From a virus (Duplodnaviria > Caudoviricetes), in IMG/VR virus record IMGVR_UViG_3300043391_000200, positions 1-35,637 of that record: DNA of 35,637 bases; one strand, 5' to 3'. Below the pieces are notes generated by a model, which was not told the DNA's origin, did no database searches, and saw nothing but the letters and a program-made list of their open reading frames with translations. Both the position numbers and the translations under genes were made by a program. Shown here piece after piece: positions 1 through 7,976 of the stretch (position 1 is its first letter; the number at the start of each line of letters is the position of its first letter).

Positions 1-934
1 GGATTGCTGCTTTTTGAGCGGCCTCGCCCTTAAAAACATTTTTCACCGATGCCGCCGTTTGTGCCATCAGTACTTTGATTTCTTCGGCCAGAAAATTAAC
101 GGCGCTTTGAAAGGCCAACTTCATGGTGTTGTAAATCAATTCGCCAGTGGATCCAAAATTGTTGAAATAGTTGATCCAAAACGAAATTGCTCCGCCAAAA
201 GCCTGCCCAATTTTGGACAAGTCAATCTTCGCAGCCGCCTCTATAACCCCCATGAGCTGCGGCACAACTTCGGACGCAACTCCCACAAAAAAGCCTTGGA
301 GTTTATCACCCACCACAGACAACAAGTCGCTTGCCTTGCCAAAGATCCCAGCGTTTTCGAGCATCAATGCCGCTTGATTCCCGAGCAGTTCGCGGACTTC
401 GTCCATGCCCCCAGCGGCAAAAACTGCAAGCAACTTGGCCCCCTGCTTGCCAAAGATCTCCATTGCCATGGCAGATCGTTGAGCCGGGTTCTCGATTTTG
501 GAAATAGCCTGGCCCACTTTTGCCAACTGCTCGTCGGCCGTGAGTCCTTGCAGTTCACTAATATCCAGCCCCATTTGGGCAAACTTTGCGGCCGCGTCCA
601 CGCTGCCACTGGCTGCTTCAGAAATGGACTTCTGCAGCTTTGCCAAAACCGGCTGCACCTGTTCAGCCTTCATACCGTTCAGGTCAAAGGCCAACTGAAG
701 CTCCATAAGCTTGTCTATGGCAACGCCGGTTTGAGCGTTTAGGTCAACCAAGTCATCGCCCGCTTGAATGGCGCCATAAAAACCCCGTGCGGCTGCTGCC
801 AACGCGCTAAACACGGCAGCACCACCGACGACATTTTGGATCATCGACCCAAGCCCTGACATGGCCGATTGCGCCCGGTTAATGCCACTTACAAACCCGC
901 TAGTGTCTGCGCCGATCTGGATTGTGTTCGCCAT
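1..934 (-). CDS. Tape measure protein, allele A (3' end cut off by the window edge)
   Basis: ATG at 934. Colinear with 33606-34539 (MANTIQIGADTSGFVSGINRAQSAM...), with mostly third-position differences. Confidence 0.85.
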   Translation of the reverse strand, partial: MANTIQIGADTSGFVSGINRAQSAMSGLGSMIQNVVGGAAVFSALAAAARGFYGAIQAGDDLVDLNAQTGVAIDKLMELQLAFDLNGMKAEQVQPVLAKLQKSISEAASGSVDAAAKFAQMGLDISELQGLTADEQLAKVGQAISKIENPAQRSAMAMEIFGKQGAKLLAVFAAGGMDEVRELLGNQAALMLENAGIFGKASDLLSVVGDKLQGFFVGVASEVVPQLMGVIEAAAKIDLSKIGQAFGGAISFWINYFNNFGSTGELIYNTMKLAFQSAVNFLAEEIKVLMAQTAASVKNVFKGEAAQKAAI

Positions 935-939
935 AAGTT

Positions 940-1692
940 TTAACGAGAGAAAACGTCACTGCGCCGAATTGCCCTGGCTGCGATGCCCGAGATCAACCGG
1001 AGCCGCATGGCCTCGGCCTGAATGTCGTAAGCCTGCTGGATCGCCCGCTGAATAGCTGCCGAGTCGGTGTGCTTGTTTGGATTTCTGGCGCGAAACGCTA
1101 CGATATTCCCACTCACGCGGAGGTTTGCTGTTCCAGAGTTTTTGCTTTGCAGCCGTCCAACCCAATCGGGAAATATTACCCTGAGCCGAGTTGCGGCTTT
1201 GCACCACCCAGCAGCAGTGACTCCAATCGTGCGCTCCAAAAGCGCTTCAACTTGTGCGCGTTTTGCGACCGTTGAAAAATGCTTGGGAGCGTTGTCTGGG
1301 TAACGCTTGTCTGGCTTTTGGTGTTGCTTGACAAACTGCACTAGCGCGGCGGGAGAAGCTTCCAGTTCTCTGGAAACAATTTCCAACTGTTCGCGGCGTG
1401 CTGCTCTCCTAGCGCGGTCCAACTGCCTTGCAATGGTCGCCTCATTCCGAATCACGAGTGCCTTCCTAAGCGAGTTCCTGATTGCTTTTTTGCTCGCACG
1501 ATACCCCGCTGCAAAGGTTCGGCCAGCCATTGGCGGCGTGTATTTGAATGCATTCCGAACCAGCCCGCGGGCCTGCTCCTCCACCACTTCCTGCGTGGTT
1601 CTGCGAGCCACAGCAATCGAGCGCTGGAGGTAACGGTTAAACCGAACGCCAAACTCTGCCGCATTAGTTGTAACTCGGATGGCGTCACTCAT
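940..1692 (-). CDS. Basic virion morphogenesis / tail-completion-like protein, allele A (250 aa)
   Basis: Arg/Ala-rich ORF. About 15 of 250 residues differ from 34546-35298 while many synonymous changes occur, so it is coding. The function (HK97 gp10 / lambda Z-like) is inferred from composition only. Confidence 0.6.
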   Translation of the reverse strand: MSDAIRVTTNAAEFGVRFNRYLQRSIAVARRTTQEVVEEQARGLVRNAFKYTPPMAGRTFAAGYRASKKAIRNSLRKALVIRNEATIARQLDRARRAARREQLEIVSRELEASPAALVQFVKQHQKPDKRYPDNAPKHFSTVAKRAQVEALLERTIGVTAAGWCKAATRLRVIFPDWVGRLQSKNSGTANLRVSGNIVAFRARNPNKHTDSAAIQRAIQQAYDIQAEAMRLRLISGIAARAIRRSDVFSR

Positions 1693-2250
1693 CGTCCTCG
1701 TCCTCCAAGTGCTGCGGCGTCACAAACAGGCTTTCCAATGCCACTTCCTTGCGTCGCACGGTCCACGCACCGTTGCCCCAGATCACGGCGTGGTATATCC
1801 GCATGAGCTGCGCCAATGGCACCCGGCGTTGTAAGTGGTCTTGCGTCCATCCTGTTTCACGCGCCAGCACCAAGAGGAACGACTCCTCCCAGCCTGGCGC
1901 CGTCAGTTTTTTGGCGCGTCCTCCCGTGTCTTGCCGGGCTGCGGCAGAACGTCCACGCGGCCCGATTCTACGGCCTCGGCCTGCGCTCGGCACCATTCGG
2001 CCACTGGCTTTGCCAAAGCCAACGGAAAGGCCCGTGTAAACGCTTTGATGGCAGCCAGTGCGGTCCCATCGCTGATGGCCTGCTCCACGTCTTCGGGTTC
2101 GCGGCTTTGTAGCCACGCGCACGAAATTACCTGCTGTTGGTCGGACAGTTTTGCTAACTCCAGTTCGGAGATCGCAAACTGCGTGGTCATCGTCCAAGGA
2201 CGCAATTCAAGCGGCCCAACCTTTGTGTTTTTGAGAAAAAATGGGTTCAT
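1685..2250 (-). CDS. Tail assembly chaperone, -1 frameshift extension (gpGT-like)
   Basis: The -1 frame opens at the slippery site and continues KKLTAPGWEESFLLVLARETGW...EDEDDE to 1685. This frame is conserved synonymously in the second allele. Confidence 0.8.
1903..2250 (-). CDS. Tail assembly chaperone (gpG-like), 115 aa
   Basis: MNPFFLKNTKVGPLELRPW...EDAPKN*. The ATG overlaps the upstream stop (ATGA). It lies between the tail tube genes and the tape measure gene and ends on a slippery heptamer. Confidence 0.8.
   Translation of the reverse strand: MNPFFLKNTKVGPLELRPWTMTTQFAISELELAKLSDQQQVISCAWLQSREPEDVEQAISDGTALAAIKAFTRAFPLALAKPVAEWCRAQAEAVESGRVDVLPQPGKTREDAPKN
1906..1912 (-). other. Programmed -1 ribosomal frameshift site A_AAA_AAC
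   Basis: Minus strand reads CCA AAA AAC TGA: an X_XXY_YYZ heptamer immediately before the stop, as in lambda G/GT-type chaperones. Confidence 0.8.
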
Positions 2251-2672
2251 GCAAAGCGCGCTTGAAATTCGTTTTTGAGCCAATCCGGGCTGTCAGGGTA
2301 GACGACGCCGAAACTGCGTGCGTCGCCACGGGAAATGCCAACCGCGGCCGATCTGGCGAAGCGTTTTAGGTCCCGCGCGTTGTCCCTGTACCCGCGCATC
2401 CACGAGATGTCGGAATCAGGATTGGCCTTGCACCACTCGATGCTTTCAAAGCGTTTACGGAACTCGTCAAAGTCGATGTCCTCGCCGTCAACCTTGGCGA
2501 GCACGTCGCAGTTCACGATCCACCGGACGTGGGTCTTTCCAGCCTCATCCACAAAGTGCTGGAACCCGCCACGTTTGATGAGAGCACCGCCCGAGGTCAA
2601 CCAGGCGGCGATGATGTCAGTGTTGAAGCTCTTTCCCGGAGCTTCGGAGTCCTCAAGTAATCGGAGGCGCAT
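2247..2672 (-). CDS. Hypothetical protein in the tail operon (141 aa)
   Basis: Tightly coupled ORF. The N-terminal NTDIIAAWLTSGG is only vaguely DUF5659-like. Confidence 0.7.
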   Translation of the reverse strand: MRLRLLEDSEAPGKSFNTDIIAAWLTSGGALIKRGGFQHFVDEAGKTHVRWIVNCDVLAKVDGEDIDFDEFRKRFESIEWCKANPDSDISWMRGYRDNARDLKRFARSAAVGISRGDARSFGVVYPDSPDWLKNEFQARFA

Positions 2673-2682
2673 AATTTAGTTA

Positions 2683-2997
2683 CTAGCTGGCGTTTTTGTA
2701 GACTGTTGCGGATGCGGACCATCCCCTGAAGTCGTCGTTTTTGGAGTCGAGAGTGACGTTGGTCCAGATGCCCTTACCGCTTGTCACGCCAGGCATACCG
2801 CTGGATGATCCGGCAGCAAACGGACAAGTGTCCCCCTTGCCTTTAACGCTGACAGAGTAGGTCACGTCAAAAGTCTTGGCTTCAGAATGCGCCCCGACAC
2901 TGTTGATAAGCTGTTTGAATTCTGCCTTTTGCTCCACGTCTGCGGATTCAATAATGGATCCCGACGCGCTGATGATGGAAATTCCAAAGGTAGCCAT
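2683..2997 (-). CDS. Putative tail tube protein 2 (104 aa)
   Basis: Starts MATFGISII at 2997 (TAA-T-ATG coupling). Ser/Thr/Gly-rich, beta-like pattern. Paralog of 2999-3298. Confidence 0.6.
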   Translation of the reverse strand: MATFGISIISASGSIIESADVEQKAEFKQLINSVGAHSEAKTFDVTYSVSVKGKGDTCPFAAGSSSGMPGVTSGKGIWTNVTLDSKNDDFRGWSASATVYKNAS

Positions 2998-2998
2998 A

Positions 2999-3298
2999 TT
3001 AAGCAAAAAGCGTGTAGGTCGTTTCAGAAGTTGCGAAATCGTCGTTGGTTTCAGAAACCTTCGAGCCGGTAATTTTGGCGCCGCTAAAGCCACCTTCTGG
3101 CACTGCGTCCAGATCTGCTTCGCCTTTGGTTTTGACAGTGGTGGTCGTTGTGCTGCGCGGCTTGGCCTGCACAATAACGGTTTGCCCGTCGGAATCGCGG
3201 ATCGTCGCTAGTTCCACAACAGTTTCCTGCGTGGACTCTTGCAAGTAGCCGCTAGGTGCGGAAACTCCAAATGTGACTGCGCCAAATGATACGGGCAT
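2999..3298 (-). CDS. Putative tail tube protein 1 (99 aa)
   Basis: Follows the tail terminator-like gene. Thr-rich alternating pattern. Shares FG, ES, VKxKG and NDDF motifs with the next gene. Confidence 0.6.
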   Translation of the reverse strand: MPVSFGAVTFGVSAPSGYLQESTQETVVELATIRDSDGQTVIVQAKPRSTTTTTVKTKGEADLDAVPEGGFSGAKITGSKVSETNDDFATSETTYTLFA

Positions 3299-3304
3299 AG
3301 GTTT

Positions 3305-3685
3305 TTAAGGTTTGGGGCCAAAGCCCACGGTGTAGGGTAACGAAGTGCGCCAGTGGCGCTCATCGCGGAGATTGTCAGTTGATTGCGCGACAACTCCGTA
3401 GAGTTGCACGGCGTCAGAAACTAGAACCAAAGTGCGCATGGCATTGTCCACCTCGGCAGCAAAGTCAGCCTGGTCGGCACGAGTGTAGTCGTCGGCCTGC
3501 AAACAAACGGACAGCGTCAGGTTGCCACGTTGCAGCGGAGACCCCACCACCACATCGCTTTGCAACTCCATCAGAACGGCTTTTGCCGGAATTGCTCGGT
3601 CGTCCTGCGCCTCCCCGACGTACACACCCGGAAGCGCCAGCGAAAGAGCAGCCTGCACTGCCGCGGAGAAAACGCCGTCAATCAT
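3305..3685 (-). CDS. Putative tail terminator (gpU-like), 126 aa
   Basis: Starts MIDGVFS, overlapping the upstream stop (ATGA). Size, the LPGVYVG motif and position before the tail tube genes fit. Confidence 0.6.
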   Translation of the reverse strand: MIDGVFSAAVQAALSLALPGVYVGEAQDDRAIPAKAVLMELQSDVVVGSPLQRGNLTLSVCLQADDYTRADQADFAAEVDNAMRTLVLVSDAVQLYGVVAQSTDNLRDERHWRTSLPYTVGFGPKP

Positions 3686-3984
3686 CGGGTGATGTCCTCT
3701 AGGTAGAGCTTCCACGAAATCGGATCCTCGTCCCAGCTTGTGATGCGCCGCTCGGTGCCGTTTACGGTCAACTTGGCGCCTTTAATTGGCTCGGGAAATC
3801 CCGCCTTAAGCAGCCGCACAAAGCCCACAAAGTGCTGCTCAAAACCGCCCATTGCCAACAGGTCAGAAGTCTTTTCGCTTGCCACCGAAAACACTGTGAC
3901 GCCGTCATAAGTCACGGTGTCTGCCTGCATGTAGTCCAGCGCCTGGCTCATTGCAGATTCAGTGATGGCGGTCCAGTCGGACAT
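3682..3984 (-). CDS. Putative head-tail joining / head closure protein (FII-like), 100 aa
   Basis: Size, beta-rich pattern (VTYDGVTV...KLTVNGTERRIT) and position after the capsid gene. Confidence 0.65.
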   Translation of the reverse strand: MSDWTAITESAMSQALDYMQADTVTYDGVTVFSVASEKTSDLLAMGGFEQHFVGFVRLLKAGFPEPIKGAKLTVNGTERRITSWDEDPISWKLYLEDITR

Positions 3985-4202
3985 TAGAGCAGCGATTCAG
4001 CCTTGCGGCGGGAAACCGGCTTGAGAGCCTCAGAGATTCCCTTGTTGAGCTTTGATCCCTCGGGCGTAGGGTTGCACACCAGATACACGCGCCCAGGGTT
4101 GTTGTGCGATTTGTAAAACCGACGGGCCTCGTCGGGGGAACCAGTGGAAAGAATTACCTGAGGGCCTGCACCGAGGTCTTCGAGAACTAAGGAGATTTTC
4201 AT
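3984..4202 (-). CDS. Small hypothetical protein after the capsid gene (72 aa)
   Basis: TAATG-coupled to the next gene, in the position of lambda FI-like genes. Confidence 0.6.
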   Translation of the reverse strand: MKISLVLEDLGAGPQVILSTGSPDEARRFYKSHNNPGRVYLVCNPTPEGSKLNKGISEALKPVSRRKAESLL

Positions 4203-4217
4203 TTTGGGATAATCGGT

Positions 4218-4258
4218 AAAAAGCCGGAGCCCTCCCGATTAGGAGAACCCCGGCTTTT
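4218..4258 (-). terminator. Intrinsic terminator after the major capsid gene
   Basis: AAAAGCCGG...CCGGCTTTTT hairpin with a U-run, just after the capsid stop. Confidence 0.8.
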
Positions 4259-4271
4259 GAGTCTGTCAGAA

Positions 4272-5153
4272 TCAGGGGGTGACGATACGGACGCCCATGT
4301 TCGTTCCCTTTGCGACTCCGTAAATACAACTGACTGAAACACAAGTTTTTCCGCTTTCACGCGAATAAAAACGACGAAAACTGACCGGAAGACCAAGGCC
4401 AGGGACGACCACTTCAGCGATTTCAATGGAATCCTGAAGAGCGGCTTCCGGGTTCACGCGGCGGGCTGCCATGATGAGCGCGCTAGAGTGCATTGCAAAA
4501 CCGGCCAATGCTTCGCCGTTTACGTCGCAAAGGTCGCTCTCGTAAATATCAAAGCCACTTACGCGCGGGACCGTGCCTTCAGCCTTGAAGGGAGTGATGC
4601 CGGGGATTTCCGCAGAGATGAACGTCTTGGAGATCGCGCCGTAGTAAGCGGGATTCATCAAAACTGCGCGGCCCATCTTTGGCGCCTTGAGCGTCTGCGT
4701 CAGCGTCACGCCGAGGTCGATTACGTCGCTGCGATCAAAGTTGGCAGCGCTGGAGGACAAGGGAGTCTGCGCGAAGTTGGCAGCAGTAACCAAGTTCCAC
4801 AGATCGCCAAACACCTTGGCGCCCAAAGCTTGCACCATAGGAGCAAGAAAAAGGCGTTCAAAGTTGATCGAAGACTGAAGGACTTCGATGTCCGTAAACC
4901 CGAGCGTCACAGCTTGGTGCTGATCCAAAGTGATTGTCCGTGCTGTGGTGTCACCGGCGACGGGAGCGTACCCGACGCTAGTAACGTCAACCACAGAAGG
5001 AACGGTGGCAAAACGAGTTGTGACAGACTGACCAGCGGACGCAACGTCGCTAGAAAAGTCCAATGTGATTCCGGCCAACGGCGCAAAAGCGTTCGTGAGG
5101 TACGGAAGTGAGGTTTGGGAAATTTGCTGTAAGAAATTGCCACTGAGTGCCAT
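4272..5153 (-). CDS. Major capsid protein (HK97 fold, P22-coat-like), 293 aa
   Basis: Follows portal, protease and scaffold. Motifs DFSSDVASAGQSVT, ITLDQHQAV, GRAVLMNPAYY, VSGFDIYES and IYGVAK. Terminator downstream. Confidence 0.85.
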   Translation of the reverse strand: MALSGNFLQQISQTSLPYLTNAFAPLAGITLDFSSDVASAGQSVTTRFATVPSVVDVTSVGYAPVAGDTTARTITLDQHQAVTLGFTDIEVLQSSINFERLFLAPMVQALGAKVFGDLWNLVTAANFAQTPLSSSAANFDRSDVIDLGVTLTQTLKAPKMGRAVLMNPAYYGAISKTFISAEIPGITPFKAEGTVPRVSGFDIYESDLCDVNGEALAGFAMHSSALIMAARRVNPEAALQDSIEIAEVVVPGLGLPVSFRRFYSRESGKTCVSVSCIYGVAKGTNMGVRIVTP

Positions 5154-5172
5154 ATGATTATTTTAGTTGGAG

Positions 5173-5580
5173 TTAGGAGAGCTGCATCTGCTTTTTGTTA
5201 GCCTGGAAGAACGCGTTACGCTCATTCAACCCAAGCGTGCGATAATGCGCCCAAAGCTCATCTTGAGTCTTGGGTGCAGTTGCCTGCTCGGAGTGGATCG
5301 TGACGGGAGCAACTCCCAGATTTGCTACGATGGCGTTTGCCTTCGCGGACGCTTCGGCTTCGGATGCTTTTACGGCGTCGAGTGCCTTTGCAAGGTCAAG
5401 ATTGTTTGCGTTTGCAACGTCCAGCGCTGCGGATAGTTCCACGGCGCGGGACTTAAGCGCGTCAAAAGTCGCCACCAGTGCGGTGTGCTCTGCGGACAGA
5501 GCGTTAAGCGCGGCCACGTCTGCCTGCGCGGCAGAGAGCGCGGCCAGCGCGTCGGTCAGTGTGTTGGGTAGATGATCCAT
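5173..5580 (-). CDS. Putative capsid scaffolding protein (135 aa)
   Basis: Ala-rich coiled coil with a short helical C-terminus, between protease and capsid. Confidence 0.7.
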   Translation of the reverse strand: MDHLPNTLTDALAALSAAQADVAALNALSAEHTALVATFDALKSRAVELSAALDVANANNLDLAKALDAVKASEAEASAKANAIVANLGVAPVTIHSEQATAPKTQDELWAHYRTLGLNERNAFFQANKKQMQLS

Positions 5581-5603
5581 CTACCAACGCAATTCGGGAC
5601 AAG
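5581..5603 (-). promoter_or_regulatory. Late-gene upstream motif CTTGTCCC-N11-GTAG-ATG (copy 1)
   Basis: CTTGTCCCGAATTGCGTTGGTAG-ATG, directly after a terminator. Same motif at 8240-8262 and 30291-30314. Confidence 0.65.
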
Positions 5604-5639
5604 TAAAAGCCCCGTGGAGAAACCAAACTCCACGGGGCT
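5604..5639 (-). terminator. Intrinsic terminator after the protease gene
   Basis: 12-bp perfect stem AGCCCCGTGGAG/CTCCACGGGGCT, loop UUUGGUUU, then a U-run. Confidence 0.8.
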
Positions 5640-5661
5640 GAGACAACAAAACCAAATGAAA

Positions 5662-6477
5662 CTACGCGCCAATCATACTCAAAAGCTCACCGTATGCAAG
5701 TTCCTGATTCCCGATGCCGTCGATCAGGTTGGCGGCCTTTGCCCGCGGTGCGAGGTACGCGGCCCCGGTCATGAACTCATCGGCCACGCGCCGGTTGCGA
5801 AGGACATTGTCGCGGAACTGCGCGAAAGAATCGTCCACGAGCTGCTGCAAGCTGGCGCGCTGGGCGGGACTCAGTGACGGCCCCATGCCTGCGCCTTTCA
5901 GCGGGCCTGAGGTAATGGGATCCCACTTGAGCCCCTCTTCCTCATACATGGCGGACTGGTCCACCCAAGGAATGATTGTGCCGATGCTGCCCCATGTGGA
6001 TCCCACGGACCCGTACACTTTGTCGCAACTCACCGCGATGTTGTACGCGGCACTGCAAGCGGTGTCGTTTGAGTAGGCCACGATGGGCACCTTCAAAGCC
6101 TGAATCAAATCCACCACCTCAGAGCAGCCAGTGCAGTTCCCTCCGGGAGAATTGATCTCCAGCATGATCCCGCGCACGTTGGCCTCAACAGCCTCCTCGA
6201 TGTCCTCGCTGATCCATTCGTAATCCCAAGCGCCGCAACACGCCTCGAGCGCGGAAATGCCCTTGGCGAGAGTGCCATCAATGCAGATGTGAGCAATGCC
6301 CTGCCCGTCAATTTCCATCGGCTCGCGCTTGTTCATCATGCCCGCCATTTTCTCATAGTCGTCGCCGTTGGCGCGCACCAGGCGGCCCTCCACGAGCTTG
6401 CGGACGGCTGCGTAGCCGCCGGGGGTGATGAGCCACGGGCGGTAGAAAACTTGTTCAATAACGCGTTGGAACTTCAT
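5662..6477 (-). CDS. Head maturation protease, S49 (SppA / lambda gpC) family
   Basis: Motifs INSPGG, ACSAAYNIA, GSIGT and SGPLKG. Directly after the portal gene. Confidence 0.92.
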   Translation of the reverse strand: MKFQRVIEQVFYRPWLITPGGYAAVRKLVEGRLVRANGDDYEKMAGMMNKREPMEIDGQGIAHICIDGTLAKGISALEACCGAWDYEWISEDIEEAVEANVRGIMLEINSPGGNCTGCSEVVDLIQALKVPIVAYSNDTACSAAYNIAVSCDKVYGSVGSTWGSIGTIIPWVDQSAMYEEEGLKWDPITSGPLKGAGMGPSLSPAQRASLQQLVDDSFAQFRDNVLRNRRVADEFMTGAAYLAPRAKAANLIDGIGNQELAYGELLSMIGA

Positions 6478-7976
6478 TCGGTGGGAATGGTTGTCGGCGG
6501 GGTGCCGTTGGGTGTGAGTAGTCCAAACACGTCGCGGGAAAGCCCGGAGCGCTGCACTCGCTTGTTGATCTCCAGCTCCTCGCGTTCCACCTCGTCGAGG
6601 TGCTCTTCGAGTGTTTTGGAGCCCGACGCCAGAATGTCTGTCATACTGCGCATCCCGGCGCGGTAGGCTTCAATGGCGTCGCGGCTGGCGTAGCCGCTGT
6701 CGGCGGTTAGCCTGGCGGGCTCGGTGAAACGGAACTGGTAGGCTCCCCCACGGGAGGCGTCTGCGCCGGTGTAGGGCGGCAGGATCCCGAGTTTCACAAA
6801 ATTTGCCACAGCGTAAGCGCACCGGCGTTTGCAGAACGCGGACAGGTACGCGTGTCGCTCGGACGTAATCCGGTTGACCTGCTCTAAGATGATCCGAGCA
6901 GAAGCTCCACCGAGCTTGCTCATGTCCCAGCCAAACTCTGGCGGCCACTGAGCGGCCAGCAGAGCGTTGCGAATCAGTCGCTCCTGTAGTCGGTCCTGCG
7001 CCTCGGTGGGAATTTTGGCGTCGATCTGGTTGATGGACTCGCCAGCGTTGGCGGTCAGGTACTCGATGCGCCCGCCCTGCATCGGCGTGTATCTAAGCCC
7101 TGGCGAACAGTTGCCCGGCATGGTTTCGGTCAGCGCGTTGTAGGCATCCGATGCGTCGGCCATGCCTTGCTGGTTGGTCACCAGCAGCCCGATTTTGGCA
7201 GCCATCCGGGATGCGGACTGGATGTCGTCGCCGAGGTCTTTGAGGGAAATCAAATCGCGGATCGCCGGAGCAAACGCCGAGATCCCGCGCACCTGGTCTA
7301 CCTCGCGCGGATCCATCGTCAGCATGCACGCCTGGGCGGGGATGTCGCGGTCATCAGCGCCGCTCTGATCCTCTCCAAGGACGCGGTAAGCTATTGGGCG
7401 GTTGGTTTTTGACAAGATGACGCCGTTGTAAATCTTGAGCCCTGCGTATCGGCCAGTCGTCAGCGGCCCCTCGTCGCCACGAGATCCGATCTGGTGCCAC
7501 GGCACCTGTTGCAGTTGCGGGTAGCCGCTGGCGCTCGTTGTCAGGATCGTGAGCAGGTCGCCTTCGCGGTCGATGGCGGTAGACTCTAGCCGGAGCCCTT
7601 CCCACCAAGATTTGCCGTCAAGGTAGGCAATCTGGAACCAGTCCAGAAGCACGGCCTCGGCTTGTTTGCCCCACTCTCTGTCAGCGCCGGTGAAGATCGG
7701 TCGCATCGCCATCCCGACGGAGAGCATGGATTTCTGGTCGATGGCGGCATTAACCATTCCATTGTTCCAGTACAGTTTGCGAGCCGCGCTGTTTACCGTG
7801 CGCCATTCGCCCACCGTCAGTTCTTTGGAAATGCTTTGCGTGTGGTTTCTCCACCAGGGCTCCCCCCAGACTCCTCCCTCCACAAGCCGCTGGCGACGAT
7901 AAGCGCCGCTGTTGTTGGCGCCCACCTTAGGTGTGCCTACGCCCATAAGGTTCTTAATTTTGTCTAGGAAACTCAT
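6474..7976 (-). CDS. Portal protein, lambda family
   Basis: 500 aa. Motifs ARKLYWNNG, IDREGD, NGVILS..RPIAY and QVRGISAFAP. Located between the gpW-like gene and the protease. Confidence 0.9.
   Translation of the reverse strand: MSFLDKIKNLMGVGTPKVGANNSGAYRRQRLVEGGVWGEPWWRNHTQSISKELTVGEWRTVNSAARKLYWNNGMVNAAIDQKSMLSVGMAMRPIFTGADREWGKQAEAVLLDWFQIAYLDGKSWWEGLRLESTAIDREGDLLTILTTSASGYPQLQQVPWHQIGSRGDEGPLTTGRYAGLKIYNGVILSKTNRPIAYRVLGEDQSGADDRDIPAQACMLTMDPREVDQVRGISAFAPAIRDLISLKDLGDDIQSASRMAAKIGLLVTNQQGMADASDAYNALTETMPGNCSPGLRYTPMQGGRIEYLTANAGESINQIDAKIPTEAQDRLQERLIRNALLAAQWPPEFGWDMSKLGGASARIILEQVNRITSERHAYLSAFCKRRCAYAVANFVKLGILPPYTGADASRGGAYQFRFTEPARLTADSGYASRDAIEAYRAGMRSMTDILASGSKTLEEHLDEVEREELEINKRVQRSGLSRDVFGLLTPNGTPPTTIPTE

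Larger units (their letters stand above)
1..2031. repeat. Diverged direct repeat of 33606-35637 (second allele of the tail module)
   Basis: Offset is 33605 before, and 33606 after, a 1-nt indel in the T-run near 937. 1905-2031 is identical to 35511-35637. The rest carries many substitutions. Confidence 0.95.

Noticed and set aside
1685-2197. 170-aa ORF as an independent gene (and 35291-35602)
   Set aside because: The portion upstream of about 1912 overlaps the chaperone in another frame. Only the part after the slippery site looks coding.
2254-2263. AAGCGCGCTT resembling the early operator
   Set aside because: Only the 10-bp core, inside coding sequence, lacking the CC/GG flanks and promoter context.
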